From assembly GCA_965204755.1 (NCBI GenBank), contig OZ242011.1:2016001-2080000 (forward strand): a stretch of DNA of 64,000 bases. The letters are read 5' to 3'. The stretch is from Candidatus Marinacidobacterium sp. GTDB taxonomy: Bacteria > Acidobacteriota > Vicinamibacteria > Marinacidobacterales > Marinacidobacteraceae. Of this stretch, positions 1 to 11,200 are shown in pieces (position 1 is the first letter of the stretch; every line of letters begins with the position of its first letter). The translations under genes and the position numbers were made by a program. A model generated the notes under the pieces. That model saw only the letters and a list, made by a program, of their open reading frames with translations. It made no database searches and was not told the DNA's origin.

Positions 1-3
1 GCG

Positions 4-1485
4 GTGTCCGACTCCGGGAAGCCGAGCCGGACGGCGCGGCGGTTCCTCGAAGAGACCACCGGCGCGGAACGGCCGCGGGCGCACCGGAACGCGGTCCTGC
101 TGGTCGTCCCCGGGCGGGACGGCCTGCTGTCGGCGGAGTTGGCGGCGCGGACGCTCCTCGGCTGGGAGGAAGTCGAGCGCGAGTTGTCTTCCCACGCGGT
201 GGACCCCGCCCAGAGGGAGCGGCTCCGGGCGAGGCTCGGGGAAGCGCGCCGGAACCTCCCGGGCCAGGTGCGGCAGGCCTACTCCGTCGTCGTGACGCTG
301 GACGAAGACGGGAAGGTCGCGGCGTTCCGGCTGCCGGGTTCCGCCGAGCCGCTCTTCCGGCAGATCCGGGACGACCGCCGGTCGCGCGTCCGCGACCAGG
401 AGGTGAACTCGGCGGCGCTCATGCCGGACGGGCCGTACGACCTGTGGCGCGAGGGGGAGGACGCGCGGCCGCTCAAGGACATCGTGGGGTCGTTCTCGCG
501 GTTGCCCCGGATGCCGAAACTGCTGCGGCCGGAACTGGTGGTGGATACGGTGATGCAGGGCGTGGAGAACGGCCGCTTCGCGGCGCGGCTGCGGCGCCCC
601 GACGGCACGGCGCGCACTTGGTGGCGCGAGCCGGTGGACGCGGCTTCGCGCGAGGACGCGCTGGAGATCGTCCTCCCGGAGAAGGCGGAGTTGAGCGAAC
701 TCGCGCCGGGGCTGCTCGCGCCGGGGGTCCTGCCCGACCTGTGGAGCGGGGAGGGGCCGGGCACGCTCCTGCGGTGGGACGACCTGCTCGCGTACTTCGC
801 GGGGGGGCGCGCCGCGCCGATTCCCGGCGAAGAGCCGGTGTTCGTTCCCCGGTGCGGGGAGTCGGAGGTCGCGGCGGCGGCGGCCGCGGCGGTGGAGGAC
901 GGGACGGTCTGGCTGGACGGCGGGGCCTACTCGCTGTGGAAGGAGCCGGTTCCGGCGGGGGCGTTCCGGTCGGGGGCGGCGCTGCGCCCGCCGCCGCGGA
1001 AGTTGGAGCCGGCGGAGATCGGGGAGGACGGGCTGCCCGCGGCGTGGGAGAACGGGGCGACCACCGGCGCGGCGCTGCTCCGGGCGGCGTCCCACGAGTC
1101 GCGGCAGTCGCTCCCGTGGGGCGTCCTGCGGGACTCGATCCGGGGCGCGGTGGACGCCCGCTGGCTGAAGTTGAGCGACGACAGCGGCCCGGTGGACTGC
1201 GATGTGGACGCGGCGGCGCTGCTGCGGCTGACGCGGCCGTCGCGCCGGGAGGGGCCGCCGGTGCCGCCGCCGATCCCGCCGGGGCCGATCGCAGCCGGCG
1301 CGGAGTTGGACGACGCCCAATTCATGGACCTGGCCGAGAAGGTGGGCGATCTCCGGTCGGCCAGCGCCGGCCACGAGTTGCGCTTCGAGGTGCGCGTCTC
1401 CGTCGCGGAGGACGCTCCCGCTGCGGTGCGCGCGGAGATCGACCGCCTGCTGGGCGAGATCTCGGAGGCCCTGAAAACCGGCTGA
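4..1485 (+). CDS. C-terminal part of a DUF499-type AAA+ ATPase-associated protein (5' end outside window)
   Basis: Long ORF with GC3-rich coding bias running in from the window edge. Segments such as RNAVLLVVP..DGL and SFSRLPRMPKLL resemble DUF499 proteins as I recall them. Confidence 0.55.
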   Translation: MSDSGKPSRTARRFLEETTGAERPRAHRNAVLLVVPGRDGLLSAELAARTLLGWEEVERELSSHAVDPAQRERLRARLGEARRNLPGQVRQAYSVVVTLDEDGKVAAFRLPGSAEPLFRQIRDDRRSRVRDQEVNSAALMPDGPYDLWREGEDARPLKDIVGSFSRLPRMPKLLRPELVVDTVMQGVENGRFAARLRRPDGTARTWWREPVDAASREDALEIVLPEKAELSELAPGLLAPGVLPDLWSGEGPGTLLRWDDLLAYFAGGRAAPIPGEEPVFVPRCGESEVAAAAAAAVEDGTVWLDGGAYSLWKEPVPAGAFRSGAALRPPPRKLEPAEIGEDGLPAAWENGATTGAALLRAASHESRQSLPWGVLRDSIRGAVDARWLKLSDDSGPVDCDVDAAALLRLTRPSRREGPPVPPPIPPGPIAAGAELDDAQFMDLAEKVGDLRSASAGHELRFEVRVSVAEDAPAAVRAEIDRLLGEISEALKTG

Positions 1486-1579
1486 CGCCGGGGCGTCGGC
1501 GCGCGCGGCGGAGGCCGTTCCGGCGGGGCCGCCGAGTTACCATCCGCGCCCGGCCGGGCAGCCGGACCCGTCAGGCGCA

Positions 1580-1666
1580 GGAGAGGTGCTGGAGTGGCTG
1601 AACAGGGCTGCCTGCTAAGCAGTTGCGCGGGCAACCGCGCCGAGGGTTCGAATCCCTCCCTCTCCG
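1580..1666 (+). tRNA. tRNA-Ser(GCT)
   Basis: Acceptor GGAGAGG/CCTCTCC, anticodon arm GCTGC-CT-GCT-AA-GCAGT, long variable arm GCGCGG-GCAA-CCGCGC, T arm GAGGG-TTCGAAT-CCCTC. CCA not encoded (CCG follows). Confidence 0.96.
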
Positions 1667-1695
1667 CCGCCCGTTTGCGCACTACTCCGGGATTC

Positions 1696-4581
1696 GTGGC
1701 GAGCAGTTCGAGATTGCGGTCGTTCTCGTTGCCGAGGCTTCTCGCGTTCGGGCTCGCCGGCGCTCTCGCGCTCTCGGCGCCCGCGTTCGCGCAGCCCACC
1801 GGTGGGGTCGGCGGGGTGGTGGAGGACGCGACCGGGGCGGTGTTGGCGGGGGCGCGGGTCACGCTGGTGGAGACGGGCCGCGGGCTCTCCCGCGCCCAGG
1901 CCGCCGGGGCGAACGGGCGGTTCGGGTTCGCGGGGCTTCGGCCGGGGCGCTACGCGGTGTCCGCCGCGCATCCGGGGTTCGCGGAGGGGGCGCCCGTCGA
2001 AGTGCTGGTGGAGGCGGGGTCGGCGCCGGAGGTGGTGTTGCGGCTCTCGCTCGCCGGGGTCACGGAAAGCGTCGTCGCGGAGGGGGCGCGGCGGCCGCTG
2101 GACATCCGGGGGACCGGGGTGCGGGAGACGGTGGATCGGGCGGTGCTCGACGACCTGCCGAACGGGCGGGACATCTGGACGGTGCTCGAACAGACGCCGG
2201 CCGTCCTCATGAACAAGGTGAATGTGGGCGGACAGGAGAGCGGGCAGCAGTCGCTCTTCTCCGCCGCCGGTTCCGCCTGGACGCAGAACCAGTACTACCT
2301 GAATGGCGTGAATGTGACCGACCCGGCCGCGATGGGGGCGTCGCTCACCTACTACGCGTTCGACAGTTTCGAGGAAGTCGAGGTTTCGACCGCCGGGCAC
2401 CGAGCCGAGATCCAAACGCCCGGCGTCTTCCTGAACATCGTCGCCAAACGGGGCGGCAACGACTTCGCCGGAGGCGGCAGCGTGTTCTACGAACACGAGC
2501 GGTTCCAGGCGCAGAACCTGGACGACCGGCTCCGCGCCAGAGGCGTCGGGCAGGCGAACCGCCTGAAGGCGCTGCTCGACTGGTCGTTCGATCTCGGCGG
2601 GCCGATCCGGCGGGAACGCGCCTGGTTCTACCTGAACCGGTCGCGGGTGAAGATCGAGCCGTACTTGCCCGGTTTCTTCCTCGAGAGCGGCGAGCCCGGA
2701 GTGGACCTCACCCAACTCGACAACACGCTCGCCCGGGTGAGCGTCGAAGTGGCCGACGGGCACGAAGTCGGCCTCTTCTACTTCCGCAACGACAAGTTCC
2801 GGCCGTACCGGGGCGCCGGGCTCTTTCGTCCGGCGCCGCAGACGACCTTCTACCAGGACTCGGTGAGCGCGCTCGGCCAGTTGAACTGGTCGGCGGTGCT
2901 CGGGGAGTCCGCGCTCGTCGAAACCCGTTTCAGCCTGCTCGACCTCGACTTCCCCTACGGGCAGCAGCCGGACGCGGAACCCGCCGTTTCCCGCTGGGAA
3001 CTGAACACCGGGGTATGGCGCGGCGGTTCCGGAGCGAACATCCACTACGAGCGGAACCGCTACCAGGCGAGCGGGACGGCCACCGTATTCCGGGACGGCC
3101 TGTTCGGCGCGACGCACGAGTTCCGCGCCGGTTTCGAGTTCAGCCACAACCCGGCGCGAACCACGCGCAACCTCCACCAGGCCATCGTCTATACCCACGA
3201 CCGCGTCCGCCCCATCGAAGTGACCCTCTACAACGATCCCGTCGTGACCCGGAACCGGACGCGCAACCTCGGCGTGTTCGTCCAGGACAGTCTGGTGCGC
3301 GGGCGGTGGGCGTTCGAGATCGGGGCGCGCGCCGACTGGTGGGGCGGCGGGTTCCCCGACCAGACCAACGAACCCGGCCGGTGGAGCGCGGTGTTCGAGT
3401 CACTCGGCGTCGGCCGCCGCACCGACGGGAACCCGTCCGTCGTCTCCTGGTTCGGGATCGCGCCGCGGGTCGGCGCCAGTTACCGGTTGACCGCGGACGG
3501 CCGGACGCTCCTTCGCGCTTCCGCCGGCCGGTACCTCCACCAACTCGCGCTCCATGTCCCGGCCTACGCGAACTCCAACGAGCAGGCGTCCGCGCGTTTC
3601 CGCTTCGACGACCGGGACTTCGACGCGCTGGTGGACGACGGCGAAGTGGACTTCTCGGCGCCGCTCGAGGTCTTCCTGCCCTCGCGCAACGAAGTCGATC
3701 CCGACCTGAAGCAGCCCTACACCGACGAACTCACGCTGGGTATCCACCGGGAGTTCGGCCGGGGCGTGACCCTCGGCCTCACCGGGATCGTCCGGAGCGA
3801 ACGAAACCTCCTGGAGGACACCGATGTGGGCGTTCCGGCGAGCGCTTGGACGCCGACAGCCCACTCCGACCCCGGCCGCGACTTCGTTCGCGGCACGGAA
3901 GACGACAACCCGGTGACCCTCTACCTGCAGGATCCGGCCACGCTGGGGCAGAGCCGCTTCCGCCTCTACAACCCCGGCATCACCGCGAGTTACCGGGGAC
4001 TCGTCTTCGAAGCGCGCAAACGGATGGAAGACCGCTGGCAACTGCTCGCGTCAGTCTCGGTGAGCCGTTCGCGGGGATGGCTGCCGGGCGCCGGCGACCA
4101 GAGCGAAGAAGGAACCGGTTTCCCCGGCGCGCTCTTCAACGACCCGAACCACGACAGCGACCTCCACTACGGCCCGACCTTCTGGGACCGCCCCTTCGTC
4201 GCCCGGGTCTCCGGCAGTTACCGCCTGCCGTGGGGTTTCGCCGCCGCCGCTTCGGCCCGCGCCCACTCCGGCTGGCCGAACTACCGCTCGGTCATCTTTA
4301 CGGAAACGCTCGACGGGCAGCCCTTGCCCCAAGGCAGCACCGAAGTGATCGTCGAACCGCCCGGCGCCGCCCGCTCGCCCATCGTCCCGCTCCTCGACCT
4401 CCGCCTCGACCACCGCCTCACCCTCGGCGGAGCCGTGGAACTCTCGACCTACCTCGATGTGTTCAACGCGCTGAACCTGAACAGCGTCGTCGGCGAAGGC
4501 TCCCGCGACGATTCCTTCGGCGCCGTCGTCGGCATCCTCCCTCCCCGGGTCGCCCGGATCGGTCTCCGCCTTCGGTTCTGA
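1696..4581 (+). CDS. TonB-dependent receptor with N-terminal carboxypeptidase regulatory-like domain (Oar-like)
   Basis: Signal peptide ending AFA-Q, GVVEDATGAVLAGARVT, plug motif YYLNGVNVTD, C-terminal RIGLRLRF. Start moved to GTG 1696 because the track start (1594) lies inside tRNA-Ser. Confidence 0.88.
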   Translation: MASSSRLRSFSLPRLLAFGLAGALALSAPAFAQPTGGVGGVVEDATGAVLAGARVTLVETGRGLSRAQAAGANGRFGFAGLRPGRYAVSAAHPGFAEGAPVEVLVEAGSAPEVVLRLSLAGVTESVVAEGARRPLDIRGTGVRETVDRAVLDDLPNGRDIWTVLEQTPAVLMNKVNVGGQESGQQSLFSAAGSAWTQNQYYLNGVNVTDPAAMGASLTYYAFDSFEEVEVSTAGHRAEIQTPGVFLNIVAKRGGNDFAGGGSVFYEHERFQAQNLDDRLRARGVGQANRLKALLDWSFDLGGPIRRERAWFYLNRSRVKIEPYLPGFFLESGEPGVDLTQLDNTLARVSVEVADGHEVGLFYFRNDKFRPYRGAGLFRPAPQTTFYQDSVSALGQLNWSAVLGESALVETRFSLLDLDFPYGQQPDAEPAVSRWELNTGVWRGGSGANIHYERNRYQASGTATVFRDGLFGATHEFRAGFEFSHNPARTTRNLHQAIVYTHDRVRPIEVTLYNDPVVTRNRTRNLGVFVQDSLVRGRWAFEIGARADWWGGGFPDQTNEPGRWSAVFESLGVGRRTDGNPSVVSWFGIAPRVGASYRLTADGRTLLRASAGRYLHQLALHVPAYANSNEQASARFRFDDRDFDALVDDGEVDFSAPLEVFLPSRNEVDPDLKQPYTDELTLGIHREFGRGVTLGLTGIVRSERNLLEDTDVGVPASAWTPTAHSDPGRDFVRGTEDDNPVTLYLQDPATLGQSRFRLYNPGITASYRGLVFEARKRMEDRWQLLASVSVSRSRGWLPGAGDQSEEGTGFPGALFNDPNHDSDLHYGPTFWDRPFVARVSGSYRLPWGFAAAASARAHSGWPNYRSVIFTETLDGQPLPQGSTEVIVEPPGAARSPIVPLLDLRLDHRLTLGGAVELSTYLDVFNALNLNSVVGEGSRDDSFGAVVGILPPRVARIGLRLRF

Positions 4582-4614
4582 CAGCCGCCCGCTCGGCCGC
4601 GCCGCCCGGCGGGG

Positions 4615-6795
4615 TCAGGGGCCGGGGTCGGGGGTGGCGCCCAAGGCGGCCAGGCGTTCGCGGACTTGGGGTTGGTCGGCGTTCAACTCCAGGGAGCGCT
4701 CGAAGGTGGCGCGGGCGTCTTCCGGGCGGTCGGTGCGGTCGTAGGCTTCGGCGAGGACATTCAGGACGGAGGGGACCGGGGCGCGGAGGCCGATGGCGCG
4801 TTCGAGGTGTTCGACGGACTCCTCGAAGCGGCTTTGGAAGAACCGCGTGAAGCCGAGGCCGGTGGCGACTTCGTGGGAATCGGGGAAGGCCTCCTCCATC
4901 GGTTCGAGCAGCGCCGCCGCTTCGGGGACGCGCCCGGTCTGGAGGTATCCGTGGGCGAGTTTCCAGCGGGCGGCCGGCAGTTGGGGATTGTCGGCGGCGA
5001 CGGCGGCTTCGTATTCGGCCAGGGCCTCCTCGAAACGGGACAGCGCGAGGAACTGGTCGCCGCGCACCATCGGCAGCAGGCCGGGGACCTCCGCGTTGAA
5101 GCCGCGCCGGTACACGAAGCCGCTCCTCGGGACGCCGGCGCGGGGGGAGACCTGGATGCGGCGCTCCCGGCGGTCGAGCACCGCGCCCGTTTCGTCTTCG
5201 AGTTGCGCGGCGAGCCAGTAGTTCCCGCCGACGCCGACATCGAGGGGCAGGCGGGCTACGACGGCCCCGGTTCCCCGGGCGGGCTCCTCGGCTTCGGAGA
5301 GCACCCGGTCGCCCGGGTTGCCGGCGTCCTCGTCCAGGATGCGGAAGCGCACGACCTGACCCGGTTCGGCGCCGAGCACCGGGGCGAAGGCGTGGAGGGT
5401 GTCGCCGAGCGCGAAGACGCCGCCGGCGGCCGGTTTCACTTCGACGCTTCCGATCTGGAAGGTGCGCACCGCGTCTTCGGTCGGGGCGTCCACGAGCAGG
5501 TTGCTGTCGAAACCGGGGATCACATCCACCAGCCGCGCGTCGGCGCCGGCGCCGCCGAGCGCGGCGTCGGAGAGGTCGAGCGTGTCCTCGAAGACGGTGA
5601 ACTGCTGGGCGGCGCGGTTTCTGACGACGACGCTCACTTCATACACGCCGGGGAGCAGCGGCACGCTGTCCTGGTAGGCGAAGGGGGAGGACCGGACCTG
5701 GTCCACCTGGCTGCGGGTCAACTCCAGGAACGCCGGGCGGTCCACCGTGAGCACGGTGACTTCGTCCTCGTTCACCGCCTCCACGCTGATGTCCAGGGTG
5801 GTGTAGAACCGGGTTTGGTCTTCGTCGGTTTCGAGGGTGAAGTTCTGCGGATCGATTTCGACGGTGAAGTGGACGAAGGGCGTGTCCTGCGGGCCGCCGG
5901 TGATGCCGAAGATGCCGCGGCTCTCGACGAAGTTGAACGAGTACTCGGTCGAAACCCGGTCCCGGTACCGCAGCCAGGCGTCGGCGTAGTCGCTGCGGAT
6001 CGCCCGGCGCGGGGAATCCTCGACCCGGGCCATGAGCAGGTCGGTGGCCATCGAGGCGCGCCCGGTGGTCCAGTCGCCCGGCTCCGAGGGATCGAACGAG
6101 AGCGAGGCGTTCGCCAACTCCACATCCACCCGCTGCAGCGCCTCGTAGGCCTGGATGTTCCCCTCCGGGGTGGACGCCTGCGCGTACTGGCCGCGCACCA
6201 GCGAGCCGGGGCCGTCCACGATCGGGTGGTAGATCCGGTACTCGCCGATGTCGTGGCGCTTGAAGAACAGCAGGTAGAAGAACGACGGCAGCCCCAGCCG
6301 CACATCGCCCTGGTAGAACCACAGTTCCGACGAAACGACTTCGTTGTAGCCGTCGAAGGAATGGCGCTCGCGCGGCTCGCCGAGCATGATGTAGTAGCGG
6401 CCGCGGTCGGTGCGCCAGCCTTCGCGGAAGGTTTCGCGGCCGAGGAACTTGTTGGCGTACTCCAGCCGGGCGTAGTGCTCGTCGCGGAACTCGTTCTCCA
6501 GCGTGGCCGGGTGGGGGTCGCGCTTTTGCCAGAAGACTTCGATGAAGCGGTTTCGTTCTTCGAGGGTCTCGAGGCTGAGGAAGACTTCCTCTTCCCGGTC
6601 GGTGATGATGTAGGTGACCTCTTTCTCCAGCCAGTCGCGGTGTTCCGGCCGGAGGCGTTCGAGTCGCTCGCTCTTGCTGAGTTCTTCCTGCGCGGCGGCG
6701 CCCGAAGGGAGCGAAACAGCCGACAGGAAGGCGAAGGCGCCGGCGAGCACGACGGCGACGGGGGCGGAGAGCGCGCGGCGCGCGGCGGGGGTCAT
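4615..6795 (-). CDS. GWxTD domain-containing protein with C-terminal TPR repeats
   Basis: GWRTDRGRYYIMLGEP and FIEVFWQKRDP motifs, signal peptide, TPR helices at the C-terminus. ATG 6795 overlaps the stop of the upstream gene (ATGA). Confidence 0.9.
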   Translation of the reverse strand: MTPAARRALSAPVAVVLAGAFAFLSAVSLPSGAAAQEELSKSERLERLRPEHRDWLEKEVTYIITDREEEVFLSLETLEERNRFIEVFWQKRDPHPATLENEFRDEHYARLEYANKFLGRETFREGWRTDRGRYYIMLGEPRERHSFDGYNEVVSSELWFYQGDVRLGLPSFFYLLFFKRHDIGEYRIYHPIVDGPGSLVRGQYAQASTPEGNIQAYEALQRVDVELANASLSFDPSEPGDWTTGRASMATDLLMARVEDSPRRAIRSDYADAWLRYRDRVSTEYSFNFVESRGIFGITGGPQDTPFVHFTVEIDPQNFTLETDEDQTRFYTTLDISVEAVNEDEVTVLTVDRPAFLELTRSQVDQVRSSPFAYQDSVPLLPGVYEVSVVVRNRAAQQFTVFEDTLDLSDAALGGAGADARLVDVIPGFDSNLLVDAPTEDAVRTFQIGSVEVKPAAGGVFALGDTLHAFAPVLGAEPGQVVRFRILDEDAGNPGDRVLSEAEEPARGTGAVVARLPLDVGVGGNYWLAAQLEDETGAVLDRRERRIQVSPRAGVPRSGFVYRRGFNAEVPGLLPMVRGDQFLALSRFEEALAEYEAAVAADNPQLPAARWKLAHGYLQTGRVPEAAALLEPMEEAFPDSHEVATGLGFTRFFQSRFEESVEHLERAIGLRAPVPSVLNVLAEAYDRTDRPEDARATFERSLELNADQPQVRERLAALGATPDPGP

Positions 6796-8222
6796 GCGCC
6801 GGTGATTTCCCGCAGCGCCTCCGGCGAGGCGTTCTTGCGGGAGGGGCGGATGCCGTGGCGCTTGAGCATCTCGTTGAGCGTCGTGGGTTTCATGCCGAGC
6901 ATCCGGGCGGCGCGCTTCTGGATGCCCTCCGCGCGGTCCAAGGTGTCCAGCAGCACCTGCCGTTCGATGCTCAGGATGTATTCGCGGAAGGACACGCCGT
7001 TCGCCAGCGAGGTGGCCGGCGCGGGGAACGACCGGCCGGAGCGGCTGCGCACCGCGTCCGGGAGGACGGCGGCGCCGAGTTCCCGGTCGGTGCCGAGCAC
7101 CACCGCCCGCTCCACCGCGTTTTCGAGTTGGCGCACATTGCCCGGCCAGGCGAAGTCGAGGAGCACCTGCATCGCGGCGGTGGAAAAACGCAGCCCGGTC
7201 TTCCCGTTCTCGCTCCCGTACTTCTTCAGGAAGTGCTGGGTGAGCGCGGGGATGTCCTCCCGGCGCTCGCGCAGCGACGGGAGGTGGATGTTGATCACAT
7301 CCAGCCGGAAGTAGAGGTCCTCGCGGAACTTCCCCTGCTCCGCCAGCCGTTTCAGGTCGGTGTTCGTCGCGGCGATGACGCGGACATCCACCTTGATGGT
7401 GTCCACGCCGCCGAGGTTCATGAACTCCTTCTCCTGGATCACCCGGAGCAACTTCGCCTGGGTTTCCTGGTGCACCGTCCCGATCTCGTCGAAGAAGATG
7501 CTGCCGCCGTCGGCGATTTCGAACAGCCCTTTCTTCGGGGAGATCGCGCCGGTGAAGGCGCCTTTCACATGGCCGAACAGGTTGCTCTCGAGGAGTTCCG
7601 GCGGGAGGCTGCCCGAGTGGACGGTGACGAAGGGCCGCTTGCGGCGGGGGCTGAGGCGGTGGATCGCCTTCGCCACCAGTTCCTTCCCGGTGCCGCTCTC
7701 GCCGGTTACCAGCACATTCGACCGCGAAGCCGCCACCTGCTCGATCAGCGCGTACACCTCCTGCATCCGGGGCGACTTCCCCACCAGTTCGTCGAATTTG
7801 TCCCGGCGCACCAGTTGTTCGCGGAGGCTGCGGTTCTCCCGCGCCAGCCGGCGCTGGCGGACGCCGTTCTGGACCAGGTTGAGCACTTCGTCGTTCTTGA
7901 AGGGCTTGGTCAGGTAGTCGAACGCGCCGCACTTGATCGCGGTGACCGCGGTGTCCACCGAAGCGAACGCGGTCAGCATCACCACGGAGATCTCCGGGTC
8001 GATCTCCCGGATGCGGCTCAGCACCTTGAGGCCGGAGATGTCCGGCAGCATCACATCCACGATGGCGAGGTCCACCGGCTCCCGGTCGGCGATGCGGACG
8101 CCGTGTTCGCCGGTTTCGGCGATGCGCACCGCGTAACCGGCCTGCTTGAGGAGCGCTTCGAGGATCTCGCGCATCACCTGCTCGTCGTCCACGACGAGGA
8201 TCGTTCCCTTGAGTCGGCTCAT
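6792..8222 (-). CDS. Sigma-54-dependent response regulator (NtrC/AtoC family)
   Basis: Receiver ILVVDDE..DVMLP, Walker A GESGTGKE, GAFTGA loop, WPGNVRQL, C-terminal Fis-type HTH. Confidence 0.95.
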   Translation of the reverse strand: MSRLKGTILVVDDEQVMREILEALLKQAGYAVRIAETGEHGVRIADREPVDLAIVDVMLPDISGLKVLSRIREIDPEISVVMLTAFASVDTAVTAIKCGAFDYLTKPFKNDEVLNLVQNGVRQRRLARENRSLREQLVRRDKFDELVGKSPRMQEVYALIEQVAASRSNVLVTGESGTGKELVAKAIHRLSPRRKRPFVTVHSGSLPPELLESNLFGHVKGAFTGAISPKKGLFEIADGGSIFFDEIGTVHQETQAKLLRVIQEKEFMNLGGVDTIKVDVRVIAATNTDLKRLAEQGKFREDLYFRLDVINIHLPSLRERREDIPALTQHFLKKYGSENGKTGLRFSTAAMQVLLDFAWPGNVRQLENAVERAVVLGTDRELGAAVLPDAVRSRSGRSFPAPATSLANGVSFREYILSIERQVLLDTLDRAEGIQKRAARMLGMKPTTLNEMLKRHGIRPSRKNASPEALREITGA

Positions 8223-11200
8223 GCGCCGGCCTCCTTGCGGGCTCGCGCCCGGTTTCCGGCGGCGGCGCGCGCCGAGGCCGACGCCGCCCGCCCCGCGGGT
8301 TCGGGCGCCCCGACGGCCGAGGCGTCCGCCGCCGGGAAGCGGATCACGAACCGCGTGCCGCTGTTCAGCCCGCTCTCCACCTCCATCACGCCGCCGTGCT
8401 CCTGCACGATCCCGTAACTGATGGACAGGCCGAGCCCGTTGCCTCCGCTCTTCTTCCGCGTGGAGAAGAACGGGTCGTAGATGCGCCGGATGTCCTCCGG
8501 CGCGATGCCTTCGCCGGTGTCCGCGACTTCCGCGATCACCTGGTCACCGTCGACGCGGGTGGTCAGCGTGAGCCAGCCGCCGGCCGGCATGGCGTCGAAG
8601 GCGTTCACCGAGAGGTTCACGAAGACCTGCTGGAGCCGGTTCCCGTCGCCCCGGATCGGGGGCAGCCGCGCGTCGAGGTCGCGGCGGATGCGGATGCGCG
8701 AGGCCCGCAACTGGTGGTCGAGCAGCGACAGGACTTCGCCGAGCACCCGGTTCAGGTCCACCGGGGCGAACTCGGTCTGCCGGTGGCGGGCGAAGTTGAG
8801 GAGGCCGTTCACGATCCGCGAGGCGCGCTCGGTCTGCTGCTCGATCTTGTTCAGCAGCGGCCGCCGCGGGTCTTCGCCTTCGGTCTGGTCCTGGAGCATC
8901 TGCGTGAAACTGGAGATGCCGGCGAGGGGGGTATTGACTTCGTGCGCGACGCCGGCGGCGAGGACGCCGAGCGAACTCATCTTCTCGCGCAACTGCATCT
9001 CGTTCTCCATGCCGACGCGTTCGGTGATGTCCTCGAAGATGAGCAGGGCGCCGTGGTGCTCGCCGCCGCCGGAGACGAAGGGCGCCGCCTTCACATTCAC
9101 CACGCGCTCGATGCCGTCGGCGGACTTCAGGTTGTGCCGGGAAACGCCGCCGCGGGCGCCGCCGGTGAGCCAGCCGGCGCCGAGGCCGGCGTCGAGCGCG
9201 CGGATCAACTCCGGCGGGAACACCGCCTGGTAGGAGGAATGGGACACCTCGTGGCGGCTGCGGCCGTAGATCCGCTCCATGGAGCGGTTCCAGCGGATCA
9301 CCCGGCCGCCCAGGTCGAGCACCACCACCCCGGCGGCCAGCGACTCGATGGTGTCTTCGCTCTGCTCCCGGAGGGCGACGACTTCCTCGTGTTTCGCCTG
9401 GAGCGAACTGTAGAGCCGGGCGTTCACCAGCGCGGTCGCCGCCTGCGCCGCCAGCGTGCGCAGCAGGTCGAGGTCCTCCGAAGAGAGGTCGTCGCCGTCC
9501 TCCGTCGCGCCGAGCGCGATGACGCCCACCACTTCGCCCCGGGCGTAGCAGGGAAGCGCGTTCCGCACCCAGGCGCCTTCGCTCACCCGCGGCGGGAGGT
9601 CGGCGGTGGAAGCGGGCGAGCCGACGGCGAGGCGCTTCCGCACCGAGGCGGAAGCGACGAACGCCTCCGCCGCCTCGACCTCGTCGTCGTCGAGGCCGCG
9701 CGAAGCGACCGCGCGCAGCGTCGGGTCCGCCGGGGCGCCGGTCGCGGTCAGCAGCGTCACCCGCTCCATGCGGAAAGTGGACGCGATGCGCTCCACGATC
9801 TGGTTGCCCAGCGGGACGAGGTCCAACTGCGAGTTCATCTCGCCGGCGAGGTCGGTGAAGGCGCGGCGGAAGTCGTAGCGCTCCCGGTAGAAGAGCCGGT
9901 CGAGGAACCGCTCCGCGCGCTGGCGGAACGCCGGCACCAGCAGCGCGGCCACGATGGCGGACAGCACCGCGATGATGAGCGAGTGCTCGTCGCCGCCGAG
10001 CCAGGAAGTGCCGAGCAGGAACGCGGCGAGATAGACCGCGGCGATTCCCGCCATCAGGCCGGCGAACAGCAGGCCCCGCTTGAACAGGATCTCCACATCC
10101 ATCAGCCGGTACTTGACGATGGCGTAGGCGAACGAAAGCGGCGCGAGCACCATCGCCGCGAGCGAGAGTTCCATCGCCGGCGTGGGGGAGATGCCGGAGA
10201 AGTACGGCACCGCATACACCAGCGCGAAGGGCAGCATCCCGGCGCCGGTTCCCCAGACGATCCACTTCAACTGCTTGCGGACGGTCACGCTGCGGGCGGC
10301 GCGGAAGGCGTCCACGAAGGCGGCGAAGGCGGCGAAGGAATAGACCGCCCAGAGCACCGGCTCCAACCGGTCGAGCACCGTCTCGCTGACGGTGATGACG
10401 CCCGGCCCCGGACTCAGCGCCGAGAAGTAGAGGAGGCGGGCGAAGAGCGAGAGCCCGAGCAGCGCGAAGGGCGCGGCGTAGGCCCAGCGGAGCAGGCGCG
10501 GTTCGCGCTCCAGGAACCGGCTGCGGCTCGGGAAAGTGAGCGCGAAGTGCAGGAAGACCGCCGGGAAGAACAGGACGCCGACGCGGTCGAGCCAGAAGAA
10601 GAGGTGGTCGAAGAAGTCCAGTTCGCCGGTGAACGAGAACGAGAAGGCCAGCAGCCAGAGGACGCAGAGCCCGTAGAAGTGCGCCGCCGCCGAAACGCCG
10701 CGGCGGAAGGCGTAGACGAAGGTGCCGACGCCGGCGGCGAAGACGCCCACCGCGGCGAGGAACAGGTAGAGCGAGACATTGCCGGCGGGCAGCGGGGCGA
10801 CGGTCAGGGTCAGGCCGCGCCGCTCGCCCTCCCGGACGAGGACATACCGCAGGTGGGACTCGGCGTCCACGCTGCGGAGGATCTCCGGCACCTCGTCGGC
10901 GCGGTTCACCTCGAACACGCCGCCCCCGGCCGGGTGGCTGATCGCCTGGAGCGAGTCGCCGGGGCGGATGCCGGCCAGGTCGCCCGCGCCGCCCGCCTCG
11001 ACGCGGCTGGCGACCACCCGTCCGAGGTCGTCCGCCCAGAGCACGCCGTCGTCCATGACCCCGGCCGCGATCTGCCGGGTGGCGTTCGTCGCCGCCAGCG
11101 CGAAGAGGAGGGAGGTGGCGGCGACCGCGAGGACGGATCGGGCGCCGCCGCCGACAGCCCGGGGGAGAAGCGCCCCGCCCTTCGCTCTTCGACCGGAGGG

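Noticed and set aside
1594-1695. Track start of the TonB receptor ORF
   Set aside because: It overlaps tRNA-Ser, and the signal peptide fits GTG 1696.
4615-7932. 1105-aa fusion ORF covering GWxTD
   Set aside because: The 5' part is an alternative frame of the response regulator. The real start is ATG 6795.
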